The notes beneath the pieces are model-generated. The model made no database searches. It was given only the letters and a program-made list of their open reading frames with translations, and was not told the DNA's origin. A DNA stretch of 64,000 nt from Alphaproteobacteria bacterium (lineage in GTDB: Bacteria > Pseudomonadota > Alphaproteobacteria > UBA828). Of this stretch, positions 10,960 through 20,830 are shown piece by piece. The DNA is taken from contig CBDCCI010000002.1 in the NCBI GenBank assembly GCA_965214705.1, forward strand, positions 2,272,001-2,336,000, given 5' to 3'. Positions within the stretch are counted from its first letter, which is position 1, and each line of letters opens with the position of its first letter. The translations under genes and the position numbers were made by a program.

Positions 10960-11996
10960 TCAAGCTGCCGCATGCAGCGGCGCACGATCGCCAGCGTCGA
11001 CGGGCCCTCCGGAAGCATGATCGCTTGCTCGGAGCGCGCCTCCGTGAGCGCAGTATCGAGGCTCAATTCCTGCGCGCGGTCTCGCCATAGCTCCTGCAGT
11101 TGAGCCCGCACCGGCTCCGCCTTCCGCTTGCGCGTCGCCAGCGTCGCCGCCTGCATCGCCGCCGCGCCGCGGTCCCAGCCCTTCTCGTCCACATAGGCCA
11201 GTATCTCGTGCCTGCGCGTCGAGAAGGCTCTCCGCAGTTCCCCGCCGTAGCCCGCAAGCTCGAAGCTCGGCAGCCGGCCCACCATCGCCGGCACGATCGA
11301 ATAGCCCTTCTCCATCAGCAGCCGCGCCAGCCGGTCTCGGTAATACGCTCCGATCAATCTTGCATTGCGGTGCAGCAGCGTCGGCTCCACGCTCTTCCAC
11401 CGCCCCTCCTCGTCCCGGGTCATGTTGGCGATCACCGCGTGAGTGTGGAGCTGCGGATCGAGGTTGCGGCTTGCGATGTGGCGGAACAGCGCCGCCACCA
11501 TGCAGGGCGCCTTCACCCGCGGCCGTCTGCCGGTGGCGGGGTCCCAGCCCCGGGTCTCCAGCAGCGAACCCTCGATCCAGTCGAGCGTCTCGCGCACCGC
11601 TGCATTGTGCGCGCGAATGACCATCCGGTCCCCGTGCGGGTGCTCCTCCGTCGGCAGAAGCGCCGCCAGCGACACTGACTTGGGCGCCGAGAACGTGATG
11701 TCGAAGCCCGGACGGTGCTCGTGCTGCCCGTCACGCAGCCGCCCGAGCCGCTGCTTCGTCCCGATCACGTGGCTCTGTAGAAGCTTCTCGAAGGCGCCCG
11801 CCGCGACCGGCTTGCCGGGATGCAATCCCAGGGCAACCGCGCCGCTGCCGTGCCAGGTGCTCGCGTTCCGGTGCTCTGCCCGCTTGGCCCGAAGGTCCGC
11901 CGCGTCCTCGCCCTTCCTCAAATAGTAGCCGCCGTCCTGGCGGAAATACTCCGACGTGGCGGACGAAGAGGTCAGGTTGCGGACCGTCGCGACCAT
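10960..11996 (-). pseudogene. mobF: 5' part (TrwC-type relaxase domain) of the interrupted MobF relaxase
   Basis: N-terminal tyrosines EYFRQDGGYY, DITFSAPKSVS, HIASRNLDPQLHTHAVIAN (HUH), FSTRR. Confidence 0.92.
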
Positions 11997-12299
11997 GACA
12001 GGCGATCATAGCGGGCCGGTGGAGAGGTAGCGGTCAAAATACAACCCGAGTTGGGGCTTGCGCCAAACCATGGGTAATGGTGTTGTGATCATTGAAGACC
12101 CATCCTGCGCGCATTGCCGGGGCTGAGGTGCTGGTCGCGACCTCGGTCGAAGGACGCCAACGCTAGCATGACCTTTGCCCCGAACCTGCTCCGCGTACAT
12201 CTCCCACTGGTGTTCGGCGCCCAATGACCCTACGGGATCACCTCAATCAATGAGTTAGCGCGTTGATCGGCGTCCAATTCACGTGCCGATCAAGAGATG

Positions 12300-12482
12300 T
12301 TCGCGGCCGCGGAAATCCGCCGACTGGGCGCGGTGATGACACGTCATGAAGCCGACCGGCCGTAGGTCGTGGCGATCATCCGCCTGCTGTTGTTCACCGG
12401 GTGCCGTAAGAGTGAGGTCGTTACGCTGAAGTGGTCCTATTGCCGCGAGGGCAAACTGTTCTTGCGCGACAGCAAGACAGGC
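12300..12482 (+). pseudogene. Degraded tyrosine integrase fragment
   Basis: Manual translation EIRRLGAVMTRHEADRP*VVAIIRLLLFTGCRKSEVVTLKW...LRDSKTG resembles the neighbouring integrases and has an internal stop. Confidence 0.75.
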
Positions 12483-12708
12483 GCATATTTCCCTCCGGTA
12501 CCAGTCGGGTGCTTGCAGTATCACGCAGTATCTAACTGACTATTCCATTTAGACTTTTCTCTCTCCTTGGCGTCCCCACCCCCTTGAAACGGGACCACAC
12601 GGGTTCTAAGCTACCCCCTCGGGTTGATGCCGCACGTTTGCGGTTTGATGACACGATCTGGACCGCTTCCGTCGCTGTCCGGATCGCGCCGCACCGCCGG
12701 GGAACGCC

Positions 12709-13893
12709 ATGCCGAAGAGAAGCACCCTCCGCCTCACCACCCGCAGCGTCGCCGCCCTGCCGGCCACCGGCAGCGACGCCGTGCACTGGGACCGCGATCT
12801 CGCGGGCTTCGGCGTGCGCATCCAGCGCAACGGCCGCAAGGTCTACGTCGTCCAGTCGCGCGGGCCCGCCGGGCTGAAGCGCGTCACCCTCGGACCCGTC
12901 GCCGGGGAGGCAATCGACCAGCGACGCCGCGAGGCCGCCGAGGTCATCGACCGCATCAAGCGCGGCCTCGACCCGGTCCCGCCGGAGCCCGAGCCCGACC
13001 CCACCGTCGCCGACCTCGCGGAGCGCTGCATGCGCGCCTACGTGAAGGTCCACTGCAAGCCGAAGACGGAAAGCCTCTACCGGACCGCCATCGACCTTCA
13101 CATCGTCCCCGCGCTCGGCGCCATGGCGGTGAAGGACGTGCGCTCCAGCCACGTCATCGAATTCCACGACTGCCTGCGCGACACGCCGTCGATGGCCAAC
13201 CACCTCATACGCATGCTGTCGAAGATGTTCACGCTCGCGCAGACATGGGACCTCGTGCCCCGGGGCCGCAATCCCTGCCGGGCGGTCAACCAATACCGCG
13301 AGCACTCCCGGGAGCGGTTCCTGTCGCCCGAGGAGTACCGGAGCGTCGGCGCTTCTCTCAAGGCCGCGGAAGCCGAGGGCTGGATGTGGCCGCCGGCGAT
13401 CGCGGCGATCCGCCTGCTGATGCTGACCGGCTGCCGCAAGTCCGAAATCCTCACCCTTCGTTGGGACGACGTCGACCGCACGGCGGGCGAGTTCCGGCTC
13501 CGCGACGGCAAGCGTGGTCCGCGCATGGTGCCGCTGACCACGCCGGCGCTGAAGGTCCTCGACGGCATCGAGCGCGTCGACGGCAATCCCTGGGTCATCC
13601 GGAGCAGGAAGCCCGACATCCACCTGCCCGACCTGACCTACTACTGGAACCGCATCCAGGCCCATGCCGGGCTGGAAGGGGTGCGCATCCATGACCTGCG
13701 TCACAGCCACGCCTCGCGGGCGCTCGCGCTCGGCGAGAGCCTGACCATGATCGGCCGGCTGCTCGGGCATTCCAAGGTCGGCACCACCGCCCGGTATGCG
13801 CATCTCGTGCACGACGCCGAGAAGGCCGCCGCGGCGCGCACCGGCGACAGCATCGGCGCCCATCTCGCGCCGCAAGACGCCGAGGCGGCTTAG
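12709..13893 (+). CDS. Tyrosine integrase with N-terminal arm-binding (DUF4102-like) domain, copy A
   Basis: WDRDLAGFGVRI N-terminus; TGCRKSE, HDLRH, LLGH...TTARYAH catalytic motifs. Confidence 0.93.
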   Translation: MPKRSTLRLTTRSVAALPATGSDAVHWDRDLAGFGVRIQRNGRKVYVVQSRGPAGLKRVTLGPVAGEAIDQRRREAAEVIDRIKRGLDPVPPEPEPDPTVADLAERCMRAYVKVHCKPKTESLYRTAIDLHIVPALGAMAVKDVRSSHVIEFHDCLRDTPSMANHLIRMLSKMFTLAQTWDLVPRGRNPCRAVNQYREHSRERFLSPEEYRSVGASLKAAEAEGWMWPPAIAAIRLLMLTGCRKSEILTLRWDDVDRTAGEFRLRDGKRGPRMVPLTTPALKVLDGIERVDGNPWVIRSRKPDIHLPDLTYYWNRIQAHAGLEGVRIHDLRHSHASRALALGESLTMIGRLLGHSKVGTTARYAHLVHDAEKAAAARTGDSIGAHLAPQDAEAA

Positions 13894-13905
13894 GGAGCGC
13901 GGGCG

Positions 13906-15102
13906 ATGGCAGTGCTGCAAACCAGGAAGCTCTCCAACCGCACCGTGGCGGCGCTCTCGGTCGAGCGCGACACGGTGTTCTGGGACCGCGAGCTCACCGG
14001 CTTCGGGGTCCGGGTGTATCCGGCCGGCGGCAAGGTCTTCGTCGCCCAGGCGCGCGGCCCCGACGGGCCGGACAATCGACACAAGCCGAGGCGGATCACG
14101 GTCGGGCGCCACCCGGTGCTCAACGCCGAGCAGGCGCGCCAGCGCGCCGCCCTCATCATCGCGCGGGTCAAGGCCGGGGAAGAGCCGGTGCCGCTGCCGC
14201 TCCCGGCGAAATACGCCAAAGGCCCGAAGGTGGCGGACCTGGCCAAACGCTATCTCGAAGACCATGTCACGGTCCGCTGCAAGCCGAAGACGCAGCGCAC
14301 CGCGCGCAGCGTGGTCAACCGCCACATTGTGCCGGCGCTCGGCAGGCTGCCGCTCCAGGCGGTGGAGCGGAGCCACGTCATGGCGATGCACGAGAGCCTC
14401 TGCGAAATCCCCGCGATGGCCAACATGGCGGTCGAGACCCTGAGCCACATGTACAAGCTCGCCCGGGGCTGGGACATGGTGCCCGAGGACTGCGACGACC
14501 CCTGCGAGTCCATCCCGCTGAACCCGAAGCGCAAGCGGGAGCGGTTCCTCACCGACGCCGAGTTCACCAAGCTCGGTCAGGTGCTGGACGAGGTCTCGAA
14601 CAATGGCAGTCAGGTATCGGCCGGGGCGATCACGACGATCCGCCTGCTGATGCTGACGGGCTGCCGCAAGAGCGAGATCATGAGCCTCCCCTGGAAGCAC
14701 GTCGATCTCGACCGGGCCGAGATGCGCATCGTCAACGGGAAGACCGGAGACCGCACGGTCCACCTGTCGCCGGCAGCGGTCGGCATGCTCGCGGCTCTGC
14801 CGCGCGAGCCGGGCAATCCCTGGGTCGTTCCGGGAGCCAAGCCGGGCACCCACATGGCCGACATCGACGGGGCGTGGCAGAGCATCCGCGCGAAGGCCGG
14901 ACTGCACGACGTGCGCATCCACGACATCAGGCATTCCTTCGCCTCCCGGGCGCTCGCGCTCGGCGAGGGGCTGCCGATCATCGGCCGGCTGCTCGGTCAC
15001 CGCAGGGTGGAAACGACCGCGCGCTATGCTCATCTCGCGCGTGACTCAGTGAGGGAATCCGCCGAGCGCATCGCCCTCAGTATCGCGGCCGATATCCTGT
15101 AG
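13906..15102 (+). CDS. Tyrosine integrase with arm-binding domain, copy B (tandem paralogue)
   Basis: WDRELTGFGVRV; TGCRKSE, HDIRH, LLGH...TTARYAH. Confidence 0.93.
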   Translation: MAVLQTRKLSNRTVAALSVERDTVFWDRELTGFGVRVYPAGGKVFVAQARGPDGPDNRHKPRRITVGRHPVLNAEQARQRAALIIARVKAGEEPVPLPLPAKYAKGPKVADLAKRYLEDHVTVRCKPKTQRTARSVVNRHIVPALGRLPLQAVERSHVMAMHESLCEIPAMANMAVETLSHMYKLARGWDMVPEDCDDPCESIPLNPKRKRERFLTDAEFTKLGQVLDEVSNNGSQVSAGAITTIRLLMLTGCRKSEIMSLPWKHVDLDRAEMRIVNGKTGDRTVHLSPAAVGMLAALPREPGNPWVVPGAKPGTHMADIDGAWQSIRAKAGLHDVRIHDIRHSFASRALALGEGLPIIGRLLGHRRVETTARYAHLARDSVRESAERIALSIAADIL

Positions 15103-15160
15103 CCTCGCTTGCGATCTACCTGGGATGCGCACTTCAAAATCAGGACACTGATCATCGATG

Positions 15161-16615
15161 CTATTGCAGTCCCAGAACCATCGAACGCTTGGCGTCGTAG
15201 GTCTTGACGTAACCCCCTAGCAGGTGCCACTCGTCCCTCACCGATCTAGCCGGATCCCATCCACAAATCAGAAGCTCCGAAACGCCGTAGATAAACAGCA
15301 GGGTATCCGTAAGGAAGAGCACAACTGCCAAATCCGCGTAGTCAATGTCGGCCCCACTCCGATCATCAGGTCCGTGCGTGTAATGGTTACGACAATTCAC
15401 GGCGAGTCGAATCACGTCCTCTATTCGTTTCAAGCTATCTCGTCCAAAACGGTCCAGTACTATTTCAGCCCGATATTCCACGATACTGCGAAGCGGAATC
15501 TTCCTGCGAGAGCGGCCTAGCGGCTCTGTCTTGGGTTTGTCTTCACTTGGTAGAAGATCGAAAGTGTTGGCAGCCGATACGATACCGTCTTCGATAACCC
15601 GATCCGATGTTCCCGGGAAGCCACCGAGAAAGCGCAGGTTGGCGCTCTTTCGCTTTGCGTTGCCATTGCGCTTCAGCCACTTCTGCATCACATCCATGAA
15701 GTGATCGGGATGGCGTGATGCGTCGATCAGAGTTCCGCAGTCCCTTGCGCCGTCGGGAATTTCCGTCCATTCATTCGGACCGAACGCTTCGAGATCGCCG
15801 TCCGTATCTCGCCGGAAACCATCTTCGTCCAGCCGCGAGGTAAAGACCAGCACGTCTTTCCACCCCGGCACGTATCCCATTACCCATGCGAAGAACTGGC
15901 GGATTTCCCGCATCTTCTCCCACGCGTCCTCCAGCGTGGTCGGATCGCCATCGAAGTCCACCGCAATGCGCGGCGTGTCTTCAATGCTGCGCCCGAAGAA
16001 GTCAACCTGCATCGACCGCCCGACGTGCACGGTCCCCAGAACGGTTTCGAATCGCGGAAGGTAGTCCCAATCCCCCGTGAAGTAGGACACCATCGCCCCT
16101 CCCTTCACGAATTCACCTTTCAAGTAGTCGGGCCTTGTCCTCTTGATCGCGTCTAGGATGGCTTCATCCGGGTCATGCAAGTGACCGAATCTTTCGAACT
16201 TGTCGTGCGCGAATACGCTCGCCTCCGCTCCCTCCAGTGTGAATTGGATGCCCCGGATGCACTTCTCGTCGATGCCGACGTGCCGCGTCCCAAATAGCGT
16301 GTACCGGAAGGAGACGTCTCCGTGATGTATCGCGAAATCACCCCAGCTGGTCGTGCCTAACATCCCGCCTCGTACGCAGTCCAGCACCGACACTTTCCCG
16401 GCCTCCGAGAGGCCGTGCAGGCAACCTCCCTCAGCGATGTGGAAGAACTCGTCGTCCGCGATGCTGACGACGTTGCTGTCGAACAGATCGCCTCTCTTCA
16501 GCTTCAACTGTCCGGCGATTCGCCGTCCTTTCCCGGCGTCGAACAGCACCCCGATTGGACGCTTGTACTTGTCTTCTCCGCGCAACATCAGTTCCTTCTC
16601 CACCACCTTCCGCAC
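15161..16615 (-). CDS. ApeA-like HEPN domain protein (putative anti-phage RNase)
   Basis: C-terminal Rx4H motif RNHYTH; beta-rich N-terminus (LHGLSEAGKVSVLDC) resembling the ApeA N-terminal domain. Start uncertain. Confidence 0.72.
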   Translation of the reverse strand: MRKVVEKELMLRGEDKYKRPIGVLFDAGKGRRIAGQLKLKRGDLFDSNVVSIADDEFFHIAEGGCLHGLSEAGKVSVLDCVRGGMLGTTSWGDFAIHHGDVSFRYTLFGTRHVGIDEKCIRGIQFTLEGAEASVFAHDKFERFGHLHDPDEAILDAIKRTRPDYLKGEFVKGGAMVSYFTGDWDYLPRFETVLGTVHVGRSMQVDFFGRSIEDTPRIAVDFDGDPTTLEDAWEKMREIRQFFAWVMGYVPGWKDVLVFTSRLDEDGFRRDTDGDLEAFGPNEWTEIPDGARDCGTLIDASRHPDHFMDVMQKWLKRNGNAKRKSANLRFLGGFPGTSDRVIEDGIVSAANTFDLLPSEDKPKTEPLGRSRRKIPLRSIVEYRAEIVLDRFGRDSLKRIEDVIRLAVNCRNHYTHGPDDRSGADIDYADLAVVLFLTDTLLFIYGVSELLICGWDPARSVRDEWHLLGGYVKTYDAKRSMVLGLQ

Positions 16616-16756
16616 CGCCAGGCGCTAACGTGCCATGCAAGATCAACGGCGAGCGCTCAGTCAACTACCGCACGGGCTAACGGCATCTCACGCGCGCCTC
16701 TCATTTCGACCACCGACTCGTGCAGTGTGGCCAGCACTTCGCTCCCATAGTGCCGA

Positions 16757-19102
16757 CTATTGGGATGCGTGGACGAGTGGAGCGTCGCTGTTCGGCGGGT
16801 CCGCGGCGCCAACCTCCTCCGACGCTTGCTCCGGGAGCGAGTCGCGGACGGAGTCGATCGCCCCCTTGACCAACTGCTTGACGGCATCGATGAACCGTTG
16901 CACGTGAAGCATATCGTCAGACCCGCCACCAGGAATCGGAACCTGACGCTCGTAGAGCGCTTCGATTTTCACCTTGCGGTCGAAGGTGCTGCCACGGCCC
17001 CGGAAGGCGTATGCTTCATGCCACTGAGGTTGCGGCTCTTCTCGCAGTTGGCGGTTGCAGAACCGGACAAGCTCCCCCGATACGCATTCCTTCACTCGTT
17101 CGAGGATCGCCCTCTTGTCTTCGGCGCTTGGGTTCCCTTGCCAGCGTACCGGGCTCTCCAAGAAACGGGCAATCGCAAGTGTCATGTCGTTCAGCAGATT
17201 CGATACCGGACGTATGTGGTAGCCATCGTCGAAGCCCTCTGCATAACGACGGCTCACCGCCTTGACGCTCTGCCACGGGAGGGGCCGAAACTCGCTATGG
17301 CGCTCGAGGCCCAGCTGACCGCGCCATTGCATTCGGAAACTTTCGACTCCTCTGTGCAATGCGAGTACCAACAAGTCATCAGTGTATTCGGGGAAGGCCC
17401 GCACAGGAGCAGCTGGCGCCACAATCGAGGTGAGACGGTCGAACAGAGCGTTAAGTTCCGGAACGGCAGCCTTTGGATCGGCCTTCTGGAGCGAGCCGAG
17501 ATAGAAGGAGTTGCGCTCAAGATGCGCAAGCATGAACCGAGCAACGTCTGGTGTCATCGACTTGGCAATCTGGTGTTCTGCCACGTTGCGAACCCCGTCA
17601 AACGTGTAGTCCCGCTTCGCCTGCCAGCCTTGGATATTGTCTCCCTTTACGGCGTCCATACGACTAAACACCAGCATCGTCTTGATCGTCTGACCGGCGC
17701 CACCGATAGTCTCTAGAGCCTTCCCTCCCTCGAAGGAGAACGCCACATCGCCCTTGTGCAGGAGCAGGATCGCATCGCTCTCCGCGAACAGCGAGACAAT
17801 GTGATCTGGAACATCGGGGGTCATGTTGGCTTTGTGGCCGAGACCCTCTGTGTCGATGAGAACGAAGCGCGGCAGTTCGGCATGGGAAGACCAGGAAGGG
17901 GCAAATGGCCCGGCGACCCGGATACCGTTGACCAGCGGAGTGAGCAGCTTTCCCCACAGATCGCGATCGATTCCCGAGAAAAAGCGGACGGCGGTAAGGA
18001 ACTCTCGTCGACTATCGGGCGGCGCCGTCATCAGCCAAAGCCGGGGCCAGCCGGTTGTCGTCGTGCGAACACGACCGAACGGAATATTCTTGGACTTCTC
18101 ACGCAAATCGTCGAGCAATTCGCCGGCTAGGGTGGCGTAGTCGTCGGATTGCTCCGCCAGTTCCTGTATCCAGTCGAGAGCGGTGTTACGTTCATCGGAC
18201 GACAACGCGTCGAGAGGACCTAGCAACGTCTCGACTTCATTGCGAGCGGCGGCTGTGATCTCGCGTATGGCCCCAACGTAGGCACGGAGCTTGCTGGAGA
18301 GGGCCTCGGTCTCAGCGGGTGTGACCGCCAGGGCTGAAGCGTCCCCCTGATCTTCCTGAACCTCTCCAGTATCGTCATCCGGAATCTCGTAAGGGTCGAT
18401 GTCCACCTCTCCTCGAGGCCAATCGCCCAGCAAATACTTGAGGCGAAACCGCATATCGCTGCGTTCAAGAAAGACCTTGGCGATGTCGGCATCGGTCGCA
18501 TCGTCGACGGTGCGCAAAACCGCCCCGGAAAGGCTCTGGCGGACCTCGAAGTCAGCCTCTTCCTCAGACATGAAGGTGATCGCGGCCGAGTATTCCTCGC
18601 GACCCGTAACGACCTCGGTCTCGCAGGTTGTCGTTCGATTGACCGACGTTGACGGGAAGCGGTCGTAGACGGGATGCGAACCGATCAGTTGGCGTACCAG
18701 CGTTGTCTTGCCGGCGCCAGGAACACCGAGAAGCAGAATACGGGGATAGCCCTCGCCGCGTGGTGGAAAAGGCAGGTGCTCATCTCGAAGCGCCCGATAG
18801 TCTTGCCTCTTGGATTCAATACCGTCGTAGAAGATCTCGATGACCCGGGGGTCAAAGTGGGCCGCCGCCTTGGCGCGCGCGGCCGGCGAATGAAACGCCG
18901 GATCCGCGAGAAGGCGATTGAGCTGTTCGACCAATGCCTCAGCAACAGTTTTTTCGTCCGTCCCAAGCCCTTTTCGAACCTTCCGTCCGGGTTTCCCCTG
19001 ATTGGAGGGGTCCGGTCGCGATGGATGGCGAAAATCCACGATGAAGGAGCGACGACCGGGATTCTGCCTGACTGAAGCGGTAAACGGCGCCTTCATGACC
19101 AC
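16757..19102 (-). CDS. Large dynamin-like P-loop GTPase, function unknown
   Basis: G1 GVPGAGKT, G2 FPSTSVNRTTT, G3 DTEGLG, G4-like SRMD, long helical insert. Confidence 0.72.
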   Translation of the reverse strand: MVMKAPFTASVRQNPGRRSFIVDFRHPSRPDPSNQGKPGRKVRKGLGTDEKTVAEALVEQLNRLLADPAFHSPAARAKAAAHFDPRVIEIFYDGIESKRQDYRALRDEHLPFPPRGEGYPRILLLGVPGAGKTTLVRQLIGSHPVYDRFPSTSVNRTTTCETEVVTGREEYSAAITFMSEEEADFEVRQSLSGAVLRTVDDATDADIAKVFLERSDMRFRLKYLLGDWPRGEVDIDPYEIPDDDTGEVQEDQGDASALAVTPAETEALSSKLRAYVGAIREITAAARNEVETLLGPLDALSSDERNTALDWIQELAEQSDDYATLAGELLDDLREKSKNIPFGRVRTTTTGWPRLWLMTAPPDSRREFLTAVRFFSGIDRDLWGKLLTPLVNGIRVAGPFAPSWSSHAELPRFVLIDTEGLGHKANMTPDVPDHIVSLFAESDAILLLHKGDVAFSFEGGKALETIGGAGQTIKTMLVFSRMDAVKGDNIQGWQAKRDYTFDGVRNVAEHQIAKSMTPDVARFMLAHLERNSFYLGSLQKADPKAAVPELNALFDRLTSIVAPAAPVRAFPEYTDDLLVLALHRGVESFRMQWRGQLGLERHSEFRPLPWQSVKAVSRRYAEGFDDGYHIRPVSNLLNDMTLAIARFLESPVRWQGNPSAEDKRAILERVKECVSGELVRFCNRQLREEPQPQWHEAYAFRGRGSTFDRKVKIEALYERQVPIPGGGSDDMLHVQRFIDAVKQLVKGAIDSVRDSLPEQASEEVGAADPPNSDAPLVHASQ

Positions 19103-19268
19103 GAGTCCTATGATGTTCCAGGGTGTGCCATACTACTGGCCGAGCACCATATCGTCAAGCCGAATTTGGCACACGCTGGCACAACGCTTCACCTAGGCTG
19201 TCGATGACGGGCTGTTCAGGAACAAGATGCCGACCGGCGCGATCGACCGCGCGGAATTGGCGCTGGGG

Positions 19269-20357
19269 CTCCAACCGCACCGTGGCGGCGCTCTCGGTCG
19301 AGCGCGACACGGTGTTCTGGGACCGCGAGCTCACCGGTTTCGGGGTCCGGGTGTATCCTGCCGGCGGCAAGGTCTTCGTCGCCGAGCAGGCACGACAGCG
19401 GGCCGCGCTCATCATCGCGCGGGTCAAGGCCGGCGAGGAGCCGGTCCCGCTGCCGCTCCCGGCGAAATACGCCAAAGGCCCGAAGGTGGCGGACCTGGCC
19501 AAGCGCTATCTCGAAGACCATATCGCTGTCCGCTGCAAGCCCAAGACACAGCGCACCGCGCGCAGCGTAGTCAACCGCCATATCGTGCCGGCACTGGGCA
19601 GGCTGCCGCTCCAAGCGGTGGAGCGGAGCCATGTCATGGCCATGCACGAGAGCCTCTGCGAAATCCCCGCGATGGCCAACGTGGCGGTCGAGACGCTGAG
19701 CCACATGTACAAGCTCGCCAGGGGCTGGGACATGGTGCCGGAGGACTGCGACGACCCCTGCGAGTCCATCCCGCTGAACCCGAAGCGCAAGCGCGAGCGG
19801 TTCCTCACCGACGCCGAGTTCACCCGCCTCGGGCAGGTGCTGGACGAGGTCTCATGCAACGGCAGTCAGGTATCGGCCGGGGCGATCACGACGATCCGCC
19901 TGCTGATGCTGACGGGCTGCCGCAGAGCGAGATCATGGCCCTGCCCTGGAAGCACGTCGATCTCGAACAGGCCGAGATGCGCATCGTCAACGGGAAGACC
20001 GGCGACCGCACCGTTCACCTGTCGCCGGCGGCGGTCGGCGTGCTCGCGGCCCTGCCGCGCCAGCCGGACAATCCCTGGGTCGTTCCCGGCGCCAAGCCGG
20101 GCACGCACATGGCAGACATCGACGGGGCTTGGCAGAGCATCCGCGCGAAGGCCGGGCTTCACGACGTGCGCATCCATGACATCCGCCACAGCTTCGCCTC
20201 CCGGGCGCTCGCGCTCGGCGAGGGGCTGCCGATCATCGGCCGGCTGCTTGGTCACCGCAGGGTGGAGACGACCGCGCGGTATACGCATCTCGCGCGCGAC
20301 TCGGTCAGGGAGTCCGCCGAGCACGTCGCCCTCAGCATCGCCGCCGATATTCTGTAG
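19269..20357 (+). pseudogene. Degenerate duplicate of integrase B
   Basis: Near-identical to 13932-15102 but lacks the start, has an 81-bp in-frame deletion and a 1-bp deletion near 19925 (TGCCGCAGAGC versus TGCCGCAAGAGC). Confidence 0.92.
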
Positions 20358-20487
20358 GCGCTTCAATCCGACCTGCATGAAAGCACGGCATATGCGGGGT
20401 TCCCCATTCGCCCGCCTCTCCGAACTTGCCAGGAACACCGTCGCCCGATAGCCTAAGTTGACACATCAGCAGGCTTGGAACTCTCCC

Positions 20488-20814
20488 ATGGCGACCGTCC
20501 TGAACCCATCGCCGAACCACTGGGTGGTTCACCTAGCATCGCGGTCCGAGGCCGACAGCGAGGTCACGGTGGAGTTGCGCATGAGCAAGGCTACCGCCGA
20601 CAGGCTCGCCCGCCTCGTAACTGCGCAAATTGCGGAACTCAACCCCGGTACGCCCTGCTCAACCAGCCAGGACGTAGGTTCCGCGGTTCTCACCGTCGTG
20701 TCTTCAGCTGCCGCCGTCGCCCGGGTCAAGGAATGTGCAAGCGGCTCCGACCAACAGGAAGTCATGGATCTCATCGAGGACGAGGTGAGCGCCGCACGTG
20801 CGGGTCGTCCTTGA
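20488..20814 (+). CDS. Hypothetical protein, possibly antitoxin-like
   Basis: Open frame of about 108 aa ending MDLIEDEVSAARAGRP, overlapping a PIN-like start. Confidence 0.4.
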   Translation: MATVLNPSPNHWVVHLASRSEADSEVTVELRMSKATADRLARLVTAQIAELNPGTPCSTSQDVGSAVLTVVSSAAAVARVKECASGSDQQEVMDLIEDEVSAARAGRP

Positions 20815-20830
20815 CACGCACGTAGTGGGT
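20798..20830 (+). pseudogene. 5' stub of PIN-family toxin gene
   Basis: GTG-start MRVVLDTHVV matches the MRVVLDTNV start of PIN toxins; similarity is lost after about 10 codons. Confidence 0.4.

Noticed and set aside
12000-12230. oriT next to the relaxase gene
   Set aside because: Position is plausible but I could not match a MobF nic-site consensus.
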